Assembly (NCBI GenBank): GCA_964236955.1
Contig: CAXSGP010000023.1
Location: 1-51,683, forward strand
Source of the DNA: an uncultured Oligoflexus sp.
Lineage (GTDB): Bacteria > Bdellovibrionota_B > Oligoflexia > Oligoflexales > Oligoflexaceae
Length of the DNA: 51,683 nucleotides
Direction: 5' to 3'
Below the pieces are notes generated by a model, which was given only the letters and a program-made list of their open reading frames with translations, searched no databases and was not told where the DNA came from. Both the position numbers and the translations under genes were made by a program. This document shows positions 19,543 to 29,239 of the stretch, one piece after another (positions within the stretch are counted from its first letter, which is position 1; each line of letters begins with the position of its first letter).

Positions 19543-21285
19543 TCAAATATTGGTGCTTTGGGGAATCAAAGACGGCAGGAGATGCTCGTATTTGATTCGG
19601 GACATATTGCGAGTCTTGATATCGGCTTCAATGCGGGCCAGATCCTGTAGGAATTTTTTGGCGGCGGCATCGACTGCGGCGTCTTTGAAACGATCCGAGT
19701 CGTATTGACCGTAAGTCGTATGGCGAACCGAGCCCAGAAAGTTCATGGTCTGCCATTGTTTGATCGCAATATCCATCGGTGGGAGGAAATCGAGATAATC
19801 ATTTTGAGTCATCTTATTGTTTTCAGGGGCAGAGCGATAGCCCGCGAGGGGGCCGCCTGGTAGAAAACTCATGTCGGTGAGCTGGGGAAAATTCACGGCG
19901 GCATGCTGGGGACCGGCCGTAAACAGGACCATCGTGCAGGTGTCGATAAGTTGATCCTTGCTATCGACGCCGCCATTCGCCGCAAAATCCTTGACCCGCC
20001 CCCCTTTTTCCGAATTGATCTCAGCGGCCCATGCCTGCAGTTCAAAATCGGCTTTAACATCAGCATCACTCCGATAAAAGCGATCAACAAAACGGCCAAC
20101 CCAGGCGCGCGTCGCGTTCCAGATTGGGATGGCATCGTCACGGTAATGATAGTTTGGCAGGAATTTGGGATTGCTGACCCCGCGCGATTTGAGGCGCGAT
20201 GGCAGGTAATTGTCGGTAAAACTATAGGAAAGGCGGCCCTTGATCAGGAAGGCAAAGTTAGAGGCGTTGGTGCTGCCGACCAGTCGGTCCACCGCTTGAC
20301 CGTCCTGAACCAGACTCGACATTGCGAGATTATTGATCAGCATCGTCCCTTCAAAATGCGGCGAAAGCAGGGCATAGATAGGGTGAGCCTCGTGAAGCTG
20401 ACGTCTTGTGGCGACGGCAATCGGTTCGATCAAAAGATGGGTCAACCCCAGATGGGTCATGATTTCGTGATAGGTATAGTGAGCGGCCCAGGCAACGCCC
20501 TTTGCCATTTGCCAGGCCCATTCGTCAGCCGGGGTAAAGATAGGACAAGCCGCCGGGATCTGACCGCATTGAATTGCGAATGGCACCATGGTGGTGCCCC
20601 CTTCAGGCACCGCGAACGCTGCGATAGGCTGATAGATATACTTCTTTTGCAAAGGATGAACGCCTGAGGCAAGGTCATTGAGTTCAAAATAATCGGCGAA
20701 ATAAACGCGGCCACCGGCGATGGCCCGGGTCAGGTCATCGCTGGCAAATTGCTTGGTTTTTTGAAAGATCTCGTTGGTGAGAGGAAAATTCCCTGGAATT
20801 GCTTTCATCCGTGAAAAAGCGTTGGAGTGAGGTCCCGCGATAAAGGAGTGGGCGAAGTATTCGTCATCCATGAATTTGTCGGCGGCATAGGTTTTCTCCA
20901 CCTTTTGAAAGACCTGCTGATAATCAGCGAGTGAGGCAGGGCGCCCTCCGCCCTGCATGGGCCCAAGTTCCGTCAGATAGAAATCGAAGAGATTTGGGAA
21001 ATCTTTTTTGACGAGATAATTCGCGAGATCAACGGGCGAAAGGGTTGGAATCTTATTGGTCGGCTTCCAGCCGGTTTTTTTAAGGATGGCCTCCGCATTC
21101 GAACGAGCTTCCATCAGGCCTTTGAAGACCTTGACGGCCCATTGAGGTCCATCGGTGTCACGGCTTCGGTATTTCAGGGCGACCGGTACTTCCCATTTGT
21201 AGTTATATTCATATTCCTTACGAACGCCCTCAAGTTCTCCGGCTCTTTTGAGGTTTTTGTCGTCTTGCGGCAGTATGTTGGCCAT
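19543..21285 (-). CDS. lipoxygenase (bacterial type, catalytic domain only)
   Basis: WQMAK, YHEIMTHLGLTHL iron-ligand helix, HPIY..L.PH, YRDD, QHAAVNFPQ, C-terminal IPQSTNI. Confidence 0.95.
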   Translation of the reverse strand: MANILPQDDKNLKRAGELEGVRKEYEYNYKWEVPVALKYRSRDTDGPQWAVKVFKGLMEARSNAEAILKKTGWKPTNKIPTLSPVDLANYLVKKDFPNLFDFYLTELGPMQGGGRPASLADYQQVFQKVEKTYAADKFMDDEYFAHSFIAGPHSNAFSRMKAIPGNFPLTNEIFQKTKQFASDDLTRAIAGGRVYFADYFELNDLASGVHPLQKKYIYQPIAAFAVPEGGTTMVPFAIQCGQIPAACPIFTPADEWAWQMAKGVAWAAHYTYHEIMTHLGLTHLLIEPIAVATRRQLHEAHPIYALLSPHFEGTMLINNLAMSSLVQDGQAVDRLVGSTNASNFAFLIKGRLSYSFTDNYLPSRLKSRGVSNPKFLPNYHYRDDAIPIWNATRAWVGRFVDRFYRSDADVKADFELQAWAAEINSEKGGRVKDFAANGGVDSKDQLIDTCTMVLFTAGPQHAAVNFPQLTDMSFLPGGPLAGYRSAPENNKMTQNDYLDFLPPMDIAIKQWQTMNFLGSVRHTTYGQYDSDRFKDAAVDAAAKKFLQDLARIEADIKTRNMSRIKYEHLLPSLIPQSTNI

Positions 21286-21327
21286 GACTGATCCCTATCG
21301 TTAGAATTTAATGTTTGGAATTCGTCT

Positions 21328-21690
21328 TCAATCCTCAGGGACATCCGGATTCATAGGACTGATGCTCCATTCCGCGACGATCAAAAGCCCCGCATTGTTT
21401 CGCTCGTCCATCTTTTTGGGATCACAGCCCAGCCCTTCCGCATATTCTTCAAAGGCTGCATCGTCGGCACTCCCATTAGCACTGGGCGCCCTCGTCACCA
21501 TGTCCTGGGCAAAAGCCGCAACTGCATCGCGATCAGGATTTGACGAGGCAAAGCTTTCCATTACGGTAGAGATGATACAGCCTCTAAAATCGGCCCGCTG
21601 CTCCTGGGTGACTTTGAGTCCGGAATTTTGCGCTTTGCATCCTGCCAGTGTCAGGAGCCAAAGAAATCCATAGTAGGAACCAAAACGCAT
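21328..21690 (-). CDS. hypothetical lipoprotein
   Basis: Lipobox LAGC. Confidence 0.6.
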   Translation of the reverse strand: MRFGSYYGFLWLLTLAGCKAQNSGLKVTQEQRADFRGCIISTVMESFASSNPDRDAVAAFAQDMVTRAPSANGSADDAAFEEYAEGLGCDPKKMDERNNAGLLIVAEWSISPMNPDVPED

Positions 21691-21733
21691 GCCAGCCTCT
21701 AACAAGATTTTTACGTTCATTTATGCAGCTGTC

Positions 21734-22204
21734 CTATTCTTTGGAAGGCAGCGAACCCATGGAAATTTCAATTCCACTCACCGCTTTATTGATAGTCGTC
21801 AGACTCTCCTTTAACGACGTGATTTCAACGTCAAATTCGAGAGTTGAAAAGTTTTGTTTACGTGCGGATTCGATTGCCTCACCCAAGGTTGGATTTGCCG
21901 GCAAGAGCCTGTCCCGAAGCAGATCGAGGTTTCTTGCAAGGGAATTATCCTGTCTCATCTGCACGAAAACCCTGAATATTTTTCCATTATTGTCGACCTT
22001 ATCGAGTTCCTTTTGGAGGTAGGCCCCAATCGAAAGGAAGGTATCGATCGGCTCTATGATTTCTTCCGGTACCGGCACCACCTCGGCGGGCGGCGCTTCT
22101 ATGTCCTTGGCAAGAGGATCTGTTGATCCAAGGCCCGGATGATTTTTCTTCCACACGCTGCAGGAGGCCAGGACCAGCATCATGAAAAGGATTACGATTT
22201 TCAT
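21734..22204 (-). CDS. hypothetical lipoprotein
   Basis: MKIVILFMMLVLASC lipobox. Confidence 0.7.
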   Translation of the reverse strand: MKIVILFMMLVLASCSVWKKNHPGLGSTDPLAKDIEAPPAEVVPVPEEIIEPIDTFLSIGAYLQKELDKVDNNGKIFRVFVQMRQDNSLARNLDLLRDRLLPANPTLGEAIESARKQNFSTLEFDVEITSLKESLTTINKAVSGIEISMGSLPSKE

Positions 22205-22234
22205 AAGATTTCCCTAGAGAGATTCTGATGTCAC

Positions 22235-22261
22235 CTTTCGGCATTTTGAGGAATTACTTTA
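22235..22261 (-). promoter_or_regulatory. sigma28 (FliA)-like promoter
   Basis: TAAA-N15-GCCGAAAG heading the lipoprotein-lipoprotein-LOX-Tat gene run. Confidence 0.6.
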
Positions 22262-22369
22262 GCCCTATAATTTCACCTGGATTTTTGCTGATTATTGCTC
22301 ATAATTTCTGTCCCAATTTAAATTTCCGCCGATAAGCAGGAAGCTCGATTACCCTGTGAGGCCGCAGTT

Positions 22370-23620
22370 ATGAAATTTTGTCAACTCTTACTCGTGACTT
22401 CTGTGGTCCTAAGTTCATGCAATAAAACGCATGAGAGCCAGGAGGCTCCGCCCGGATCAGTGGCGCCAGCGGCAGTAGCCTCAGTCCCGGATCCCGCCAA
22501 GCCCGAAAGCCCACTCGTGCTTCCTACACCCATTGTCCCGGCAGCTGTGCTTTCTACGCCCCTTGTCCCGGCAGCCATGCTTCCGGATATGCGGCCGCAG
22601 GCGGCCATCGTTGATAGCTCCCATTTCGATTGCAATGCCCTTGATTATGGACTTTATTGGTTTGGCTTAGGCGATATGGCTCAGAAGTTCAGTCCCGAAA
22701 CGCACAATAGTTTTTACGATCCAAGCAAACCGACCATGATCTTTGTCCATGGCTGGCAGTCCGGAAGTCACCTCAAAAAAACTCGTACTACTTTCAATTA
22801 TTCCAAAGCCGATCCCTTGTTCGGACCGAAGGTCGATGAAGCGGATGCTTGGATTGCTGCGGGCTGGAACGTGGGAATGTTCTATTGGAATCAATTTGCC
22901 GACGATCTATCGGTAAACAAGATGGAAGATAGAGTGTGGAACGATGCACCGATCACATGGAAAAACTGCAAAGGCCAGGAAATGTCGGCCGCTGTGCCGC
23001 CAGGCAACGCCAGTGACCTCTTCTACAATACTTATATAGCGGCCCTTAAAGATTATACCGGTCCCAACATTAGACTCGTTGGGCATTCGCTCGGAAATCA
23101 GTTAGTCGTGAGAATGGCGGCACGGGCCTCGGAAGCGGCAAAAAGCGGCAAAATAGATAGTCATTTGCTACCAAAACGCGTCGCGCTACTCGACCCGTTC
23201 TGGGCAGCTCCCGTGGGTAAGGCTGTGTCCCGCGCCACGCTCATTCGGGCGCTCGTTGCGTCTTTAAAATCCGAGGGAATGATATTGGAATGGTATAAGA
23301 CCTCGATGCTTCCCGAAGCCAAGGGCGCCGACGCCAATGCAGAAATGCTGCCTATGATAGGCGCTACGGAGTTATCACCCGACTATTATTCGGTGAACAA
23401 CCCTATCTTTCGCCACGGTGCGGCTATCTACCTCTATTTTCTTTCCTTCGCCAACCCTCCCCCGCCGGGATGCAGAACGCCTTGTTCGGAAGTGGCGCCG
23501 TCAGCGGCAACTCCTGACGATCGCATGCTTGAACTTATGAATCGTGCGGCGCAGTGGAAGCAGGTATCGGGCACTAAAACCCCAGACACGGCTGACAATA
23601 CCTTTGAGCTTAAGAAATAG
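22370..23620 (+). CDS. alpha/beta-hydrolase (lipase-like) lipoprotein
   Basis: Lipobox LSSC; IFVHGWQ oxyanion motif, GHSLG nucleophile elbow, RVALLDP. Confidence 0.8.
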   Translation: MKFCQLLLVTSVVLSSCNKTHESQEAPPGSVAPAAVASVPDPAKPESPLVLPTPIVPAAVLSTPLVPAAMLPDMRPQAAIVDSSHFDCNALDYGLYWFGLGDMAQKFSPETHNSFYDPSKPTMIFVHGWQSGSHLKKTRTTFNYSKADPLFGPKVDEADAWIAAGWNVGMFYWNQFADDLSVNKMEDRVWNDAPITWKNCKGQEMSAAVPPGNASDLFYNTYIAALKDYTGPNIRLVGHSLGNQLVVRMAARASEAAKSGKIDSHLLPKRVALLDPFWAAPVGKAVSRATLIRALVASLKSEGMILEWYKTSMLPEAKGADANAEMLPMIGATELSPDYYSVNNPIFRHGAAIYLYFLSFANPPPPGCRTPCSEVAPSAATPDDRMLELMNRAAQWKQVSGTKTPDTADNTFELKK

Positions 23621-23777
23621 TGTTGGCGGAAATCGAGCCGACCGATCAAGCTGCGGCTGGCAGGAAACCAAATCAAACCGAGGCGCAGTAATGCCTGGAG
23701 AGCATGGGTCAGGCAAAAGGCCTTGGAAGTTTTCCAAGGCCTAAATTCTCTTATGCGATAGAGTCGCGATAGAAGCA

Positions 23778-25352
23778 TTATTCCTGCTGCGGCTTCCGAA
23801 AATTCTTAGGGTCAAGATGATACTTTCGTGCTCTCAGGCCCATCACCCTTTCGGTGAGACCCAGATCACGGGCGGCTTTTGCCATGTTCCCTTTGCTCGA
23901 CTTGAGGGAATCGAGGATCAGTTCCCGCTCCATCGATTCGAGCATGGTCTTTAGGTTGCTGCCGGCCTCGACACCCGTGCTCTCGGCGATCTGGAGACTC
24001 GGCGGGAGGTGGTGCCCCCGTATCACACCCTCATTGGTCAGGAGAACCGCACGTTCCACGCAGTTTTCAAGCTCACGGACATTACCGGGCCAGTGATAGC
24101 TTGTTAGCATGTCGATGGCAGGGGTCGATATTCGCCTGATATTCTTGTTGTGAATACGGCGATACTTTTCTATGAAGAAATCAGTGATGGGCATGATGTC
24201 GGTTTTGCGTTCGCTCAAGGGCGGTACATGCAAAGGAAAAACATTCAGACGATAATAAAGATCCTGACGGAATTGATTGGTCTCTATCATCCTGTCGAGA
24301 TCACGATTGGTGGCCGTGATGATACGGACATCGGTCTTGATCGTTGTCACGCCGCCAAGACGTTCGAATTCGCGTTGCTGCAGCACACGGAGAAGTTTGA
24401 TCTGAGTCGCCGACGAAAGATCGCCGATTTCATCAAGGAATATCGTACCGCCGTGAGCAAGTTCAAAGCGCCCTTTTTTCTGCACATGCGCACCCGTAAA
24501 GGCGCCTTTTTCATGGCCGAACAGTTCACTTTCCAGAAGGGTCTCGGGCAGAGCTGCACAGTTGACCTTGATAAAGGGCTTGCCGCGTCGACTGCTATTG
24601 CGGTGCAATCCGTCGGCGATAAGTTCCTTACCAACGCCGCTCTCGCCTAAAATCAGGACCGTGGTGTCGGCATCGGAGACCTGCTGCATCAGTTCAAAAA
24701 CGCTCTCCATCGCTTTGGAATTGCCGACAATATGCGATCGGTCAAATGCCAATTTGCCGTTGAGTACGGTAAGATTCACCACGCTCATTTCGTGGTCAGG
24801 ATAAAAGCGGTTGATCATCGCCGACTGAGCGATCATCGCACAGAGGATACCGAGAAATGATTGTTCGGCCTTGGGATCAAAATTGCCGTGACAAACCTTG
24901 ACTGCGGTTAAAGTCCCCATCTTTCTATCGCCGAATTTGATGGGATGCGAAAGGGTGTAAAGCTGCGGCTGGCGATCGAGCTGGAAGGTTCCATGAAAGC
25001 GTGTGCTGTCAAAGCTGGGGATAGGCAACATTTTGGCTTTCCACGTTCTCAAGACATCTTGTATTGAGAATTGCACAGCTTCGTCAACCTGGGGATCCTG
25101 ATAGCGATCGCTGCCGGGGGCACGAATTTCGCGTCCCACATCAACCACGCCATCGAGAAAATCGATACGACCCATGACTAGGTCGCAGGTGCGATCGAGC
25201 GCGCCCAAAATTTCCTTCAAACCTTCAACAAAACCAGCACTTTTTTCCAAATTGCCGGCAGCTAATTTTAGGACTTCTACCTGTCGGTCTTTACGAGGGC
25301 CTGTTTCAGTACTTTCAAACATGATCGGTGCCGTTTGACTTCGAGGATTCAT
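23778..25352 (-). CDS. sigma54-dependent transcriptional activator (GAF-like, AAA+, Fis-type HTH)
   Basis: GESGVGKE, ESELFGHEKGAFTGA, FLDEIG, DLYYRLN, WPGNVRELEN, GNMAKAARDLG. Confidence 0.92.
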   Translation of the reverse strand: MNPRSQTAPIMFESTETGPRKDRQVEVLKLAAGNLEKSAGFVEGLKEILGALDRTCDLVMGRIDFLDGVVDVGREIRAPGSDRYQDPQVDEAVQFSIQDVLRTWKAKMLPIPSFDSTRFHGTFQLDRQPQLYTLSHPIKFGDRKMGTLTAVKVCHGNFDPKAEQSFLGILCAMIAQSAMINRFYPDHEMSVVNLTVLNGKLAFDRSHIVGNSKAMESVFELMQQVSDADTTVLILGESGVGKELIADGLHRNSSRRGKPFIKVNCAALPETLLESELFGHEKGAFTGAHVQKKGRFELAHGGTIFLDEIGDLSSATQIKLLRVLQQREFERLGGVTTIKTDVRIITATNRDLDRMIETNQFRQDLYYRLNVFPLHVPPLSERKTDIMPITDFFIEKYRRIHNKNIRRISTPAIDMLTSYHWPGNVRELENCVERAVLLTNEGVIRGHHLPPSLQIAESTGVEAGSNLKTMLESMERELILDSLKSSKGNMAKAARDLGLTERVMGLRARKYHLDPKNFRKPQQE

Positions 25353-25610
25353 AATAGCTCCCCATACCGTGCCTGGATTCTTGTGTGTCAATTTGTAGAA
25401 TATAAGCCAATGTCCATTAAATTAGAGATTTTATAGCTCGAACCTACTCTGAAGCCCCAGTACTAATTTAATATTTTAAACATTTATGATAGTTTTTTCA
25501 TACCGATTGGTAGTTTCTTCGAAATATGAAAGAATTGAAACAGACGTTTGCGCTAAATGGGCGTGAAAGGGGGGATAGTGGGGAAAATTGCTAGGTGCCT
25601 CCTAAACCAT

Positions 25611-25638
25611 AAAAAAAGCTACCTAAGGTAGCTTTTTT
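25611..25638. terminator. bidirectional intrinsic terminator
   Basis: AAAAAAAGCTACC-TAA-GGTAGCTTTTTT. Confidence 0.75.
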
Positions 25639-25862
25639 CAATCTTCGTCACCCTCTTCGTCAAGCAGCTTTTCTTTCGGATAGAGAGTTTTTTTCGTCTT
25701 CTTCAGCTGCTTCCAAAGGACCTTGACCTGCTTGTAGGCTTCCTGCGGAGTAATCTTGCCACCCGCTTCCAGCGCGCAGATTATACCGATGCCATTGGCA
25801 AAGGATTGTAGATTTACTTCCATCATGTGATCTTTGGGATCACTTTGTTTTCCTTTTGGCAT
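25638..25862 (-). CDS. small conserved hypothetical protein resembling a cyanobacterial family
   Basis: NLQSFANGIGIICALEAGGKITPQEAYKQVKVLWKQLKKTKK; GAGGGGG RBS. Confidence 0.75.
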   Translation of the reverse strand: MPKGKQSDPKDHMMEVNLQSFANGIGIICALEAGGKITPQEAYKQVKVLWKQLKKTKKTLYPKEKLLDEEGDED

Positions 25863-26132
25863 ATTAGTCCCCCTCAGTAAAATGCGACCCGCAAGCTAAA
25901 AGATATAGCCTTATCTCAGCCTCAGTATCTCTGGATTGCCTTGTTGAAGGTCCGAGTGGCTTGAGGTTAGCCAAAGGTAGCCGCTCGTAAGGTACCTGCG
26001 AGTGAGCCGTGCATGGCTTTATCTTAAACTATTACTATTCTTATCGCTATTCGTCTTCTAGTGATTCGGGCCCGGGAATTGAAAAAACGAGTCTGCCCGC
26101 CCCGGGTTCAGACTCGTTAGTTTCCAACAGAA

Positions 26133-26396
26133 TTAATTCGCCAGCTGGAGCGGGCTCAGAGCTTCTGCGTCTTTTTGTAGATTCTTTGCAAGAGTTCTGT
26201 CCTGAAGCGCGGTCGCTGACTGGCCGTAGAGCTTGTGAATCGCGCTTTCGTCTTTTTCTATAATAGGACGTGGCGGAAACCAACTGGAGTAGCTGTTGAA
26301 ACTTGTCAACTGCTCTCCAGTCCGCATTCTGCGTAGCAACTCACTATTACGATCCTGTCGTAGATTTTGGCTTCGTAGCCCGGTCACCTTTTTCAT
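26133..26396 (-). CDS. small hypothetical protein (87 aa)
   Basis: AGGAG RBS before ATG 26396; sigma28-like promoter upstream. Confidence 0.55.
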   Translation of the reverse strand: MKKVTGLRSQNLRQDRNSELLRRMRTGEQLTSFNSYSSWFPPRPIIEKDESAIHKLYGQSATALQDRTLAKNLQKDAEALSPLQLAN

Positions 26397-26434
26397 ATAT
26401 CTCCTATCCCTCTTATGCATACTTGATAGAGGGA

Positions 26435-26461
26435 CTATCGGAAATCTTACCACCGACTTGA
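26435..26461 (-). promoter_or_regulatory. sigma28 (FliA)-like promoter
   Basis: TCAA-N15-TCCGATAG. Confidence 0.5.
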
Positions 26462-26529
26462 GGACTAGAGTACGCCGCTCAAATAAAATCTTAGATTTCA
26501 ATAACTTAAACTTAAGCTTCGAGGGCTGA

Positions 26530-27144
26530 TTAAATGCCGGCCTGAAGGCCAATGAGAATACTGGTACTATTTTGATCGATATCCTTGCCGCCGCTCACTG
26601 CTAAGCCTCCGTTGTCTTCGACTTTATCGAAGGCCAGAGTGCGGGTACCCATCTCAAACTCAGCCATGACTCCCAATCGAAGCAAAAATTCATATTTTAC
26701 ACCAACGTGAAGGGCCAGTCCTGACGGTTTGTAGAGGACCTTGGGGTTGTAACCACCAGTCGGGTTAAGTTCTAATTTATAGGCACCGGCAACGGTGTAA
26801 GAAAGTTTCGCATAGGGAACGAGACCGGCAAGCTGAAGGGGTAACCAGGCTTCGACTTCAAGATCGACATCGAGACCATCGAATTTACTTGAACCCATCT
26901 TCTGGCTGGAATCGAAAGTCGTTTGAGAAAGAGCCAGACCAAAGGCCACCGGGACCAAAGGAATAGGATCAAGGTGAGCTGCCAGACGCAGTTCATCACC
27001 CTTTATCGTATCGCTGGCGCTACCGCTCTGGCTAAACTTGGCGCTTCTGCTGCCGCCTAGCGCCTGAACATTGAAAAGAGCCCAGGCTGGACTGGCAACA
27101 ACAAAAGACGTAGCCAGCATAGTAGCAAAGAGTCCACGATTCAT
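26530..27144 (-). CDS. outer-membrane beta-barrel protein
   Basis: Signal peptide ending AWA, alternating amphipathic strands, C-terminal ILIGLQAGI. Confidence 0.7.
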   Translation of the reverse strand: MNRGLFATMLATSFVVASPAWALFNVQALGGSRSAKFSQSGSASDTIKGDELRLAAHLDPIPLVPVAFGLALSQTTFDSSQKMGSSKFDGLDVDLEVEAWLPLQLAGLVPYAKLSYTVAGAYKLELNPTGGYNPKVLYKPSGLALHVGVKYEFLLRLGVMAEFEMGTRTLAFDKVEDNGGLAVSGGKDIDQNSTSILIGLQAGI

Positions 27145-27253
27145 AAAAAACCTCCGCGCCTAAAAAAATGTTGTCCGATCGTTCTACCACGAATAGGATG
27201 CGGCAACAAAGGCGCTTTTCCAAGGGCATATTGCATAAGAGGATCCCAATCGC

Positions 27254-28363
27254 GTGAGAATTCTTCATATCGATACCGAGCTCAGCTGGCGAGGCGGTGA
27301 GAATCAGCTCAAACTTCTCATCGAAAATGCCCAGACCCCGGATTGGGAATGGCATCTGGGAGCCCCTCCCGGAAGTCAGGTCATCACCAGACTTAAAGCC
27401 TTGGCCCATACTGCTTCTGTGCCCATGAAGGGCCTTGGGCAAATCACTGCCGCGAGGCGCCTTGCAGTGTACTGCCGCGAAAATAAAATTCAACTCATCG
27501 ATTGCCAGAGTTCGCGTGCCCATCAGATCGGTCTCATGGTGAAATATTTCATGCCGGAATTAAAACTGGTCGTGCACCGCCGCGTCGACTATCCGCCCGG
27601 CAGCAGCTGGTTCAATCAATTTAAATATAAGAACCCACGGGTGGATCGCTTTATCGCCATCTCCGGTGCGATCGCTAAGGTCCTCAAGACCTATGGACTG
27701 CCGGCCGCTCAGGTCAGTGTTGTGCGCAGTGCCGTCGATCCCGCCGCTTTTCGTAATATCGACAGACAGGCCTCCCACGACGGGCTCTCTCAGGAGCTGG
27801 CGATCAAGCGCGGGCTGCCCATTATCGCTAATGTCGCCTATCTCACTGAGCAAAAAGGCCATGAGACGCTGATTCGTGCCCTGGGCATACTTAAGCAGAG
27901 GGAGATACCTTTCTTTGGTTTTATAGCGGGCGAAGGTGATCTTCAACCCGCCCTGGAAAAATTGGCCCTCGAGCTTGGCTTGGGCCAGGATTGTCTTCAA
28001 TTCCTAGGGGTGCGGAAGGATGTTCCAAGACTTCTGGCGGCCAGCGATATCTTTGCGCTCTCCTCAAATGACGAAGGACTGGGCACCAGCCTTTTGGATG
28101 CGGCTCATTCAGGCTGCTGTCTGGTCGGCACCGAGGTGGGCGGCATACCCGAAATCATTCATCACGAACGAACCGGTCTCCTGGCAAAAGCCCGTGATCC
28201 TAACGACTTTGCCCAGCAGCTCGAAAGGGTGCTTATCGATCGCCAGCTAAGACAGACCCTGGCTGCGGCGGTTGAGCAGTTCGTCCAAGGTGAGTTTTCC
28301 TTGCGGCAGATGGTCGAGGGCAACCTCGCCATCTATAGGCAGCTGCTGGCGCCGCAGAAATGA
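27254..28363 (+). CDS. glycosyltransferase family 4
   Basis: WRGGENQ, QKGHETL, EGLGTSLLDA, VGGIPEII. Confidence 0.92.
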   Translation: MRILHIDTELSWRGGENQLKLLIENAQTPDWEWHLGAPPGSQVITRLKALAHTASVPMKGLGQITAARRLAVYCRENKIQLIDCQSSRAHQIGLMVKYFMPELKLVVHRRVDYPPGSSWFNQFKYKNPRVDRFIAISGAIAKVLKTYGLPAAQVSVVRSAVDPAAFRNIDRQASHDGLSQELAIKRGLPIIANVAYLTEQKGHETLIRALGILKQREIPFFGFIAGEGDLQPALEKLALELGLGQDCLQFLGVRKDVPRLLAASDIFALSSNDEGLGTSLLDAAHSGCCLVGTEVGGIPEIIHHERTGLLAKARDPNDFAQQLERVLIDRQLRQTLAAAVEQFVQGEFSLRQMVEGNLAIYRQLLAPQK

Positions 28364-28496
28364 ATTGCGGTTCATTTAGAATTCAGCTTTTGAAGCCGCC
28401 CGCGTCCCATTTTGGTAAAAAATTTATTTTGTCGAAAGCAAATCCTGGTATCGCCTTCTTAACGATAGGGCTGGCGACAGGTACTTGCCTGAGCTG

Positions 28497-28523
28497 TTAA
28501 CTTGTTTATCATAATTCCGATAG
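28497..28523 (+). promoter_or_regulatory. sigma28 (FliA)-like promoter
   Basis: TTAA-N15-TCCGATAG. Confidence 0.45.
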
Positions 28524-28561
28524 TACGGGTGATGACCATCTATCGTGACAGGAGGTCCGTG

Positions 28562-29239
28562 ATGGGGTTAAGATTTCGCACGCCTATAGGCAGTCTGCGT
28601 GAGCAGCGCCGCAAAGCCGAGGGATTGCTGCCACTCCCTTCGAGTCGGCAGAGCAAGCTGCGCTATCGCAATACGGAGTCCTTAGGTGACGGCGTAGCGA
28701 CAGAAAGCGAATTTGATAAACGCGAAATCCTTATCGAACGCCTCCGCACAGTGTTGGCGAGCGAATCCAATCCAATCGAAAGCCTATCAGAATACCGGGT
28801 CCTTCAAGAGGAACTCGCCCGTATCAGTCACCATCAGCAGGCCAATCGAAACGACGCTTCAAAAAGCCTGACTGACCTCAATGTGCCACGAACTATGTTT
28901 TTCGACTCGTCTTCACCTTTTCGCTACCTCGTTATTGACGGCAGTAAAAACTCTGCTAAATTTGCAGACCCTATTGCCAAACTTGACTGCGCCCTGGTGA
29001 ATCTTGATGCTTATGTCGCAAACCTTCGTTTTTTTGTTGAAAAGACCCCACGTTCCATACCGTTAACACTCTTAATCAGTTCCGATGGGAAAGCGCAGCC
29101 CCTGCCCGCTGCACCCCCAGCGAACCCCGCTCATGACGCAGCAACTCTCACCCATAACAAGGTGGCCTATTCCATTCAGCCTAAAGAAAAAAGCCTCATT
29201 CCCCGTCCCCTGCTCTTGAGTCTGCTCGATCCCAGGTAA
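28562..29239 (+). CDS. hypothetical protein
   Basis: AGGAGG RBS, long ORF, no motif recognised. Confidence 0.6.
   Translation: MGLRFRTPIGSLREQRRKAEGLLPLPSSRQSKLRYRNTESLGDGVATESEFDKREILIERLRTVLASESNPIESLSEYRVLQEELARISHHQQANRNDASKSLTDLNVPRTMFFDSSSPFRYLVIDGSKNSAKFADPIAKLDCALVNLDAYVANLRFFVEKTPRSIPLTLLISSDGKAQPLPAAPPANPAHDAATLTHNKVAYSIQPKEKSLIPRPLLLSLLDPR

Noticed and set aside
23778..25391. NifA / nitrogen fixation
   Set aside because: The GAF-AAA-HTH layout is shared by many sigma54 activators, there are no nif genes in the window, and I found no convincing -24/-12 promoter nearby.
25900..26025. Retron msr-msd or tRNA-Ser (GTCCGAGTGGCT)
   Set aside because: No reverse transcriptase in the window, and no T-arm or acceptor stem for a tRNA.
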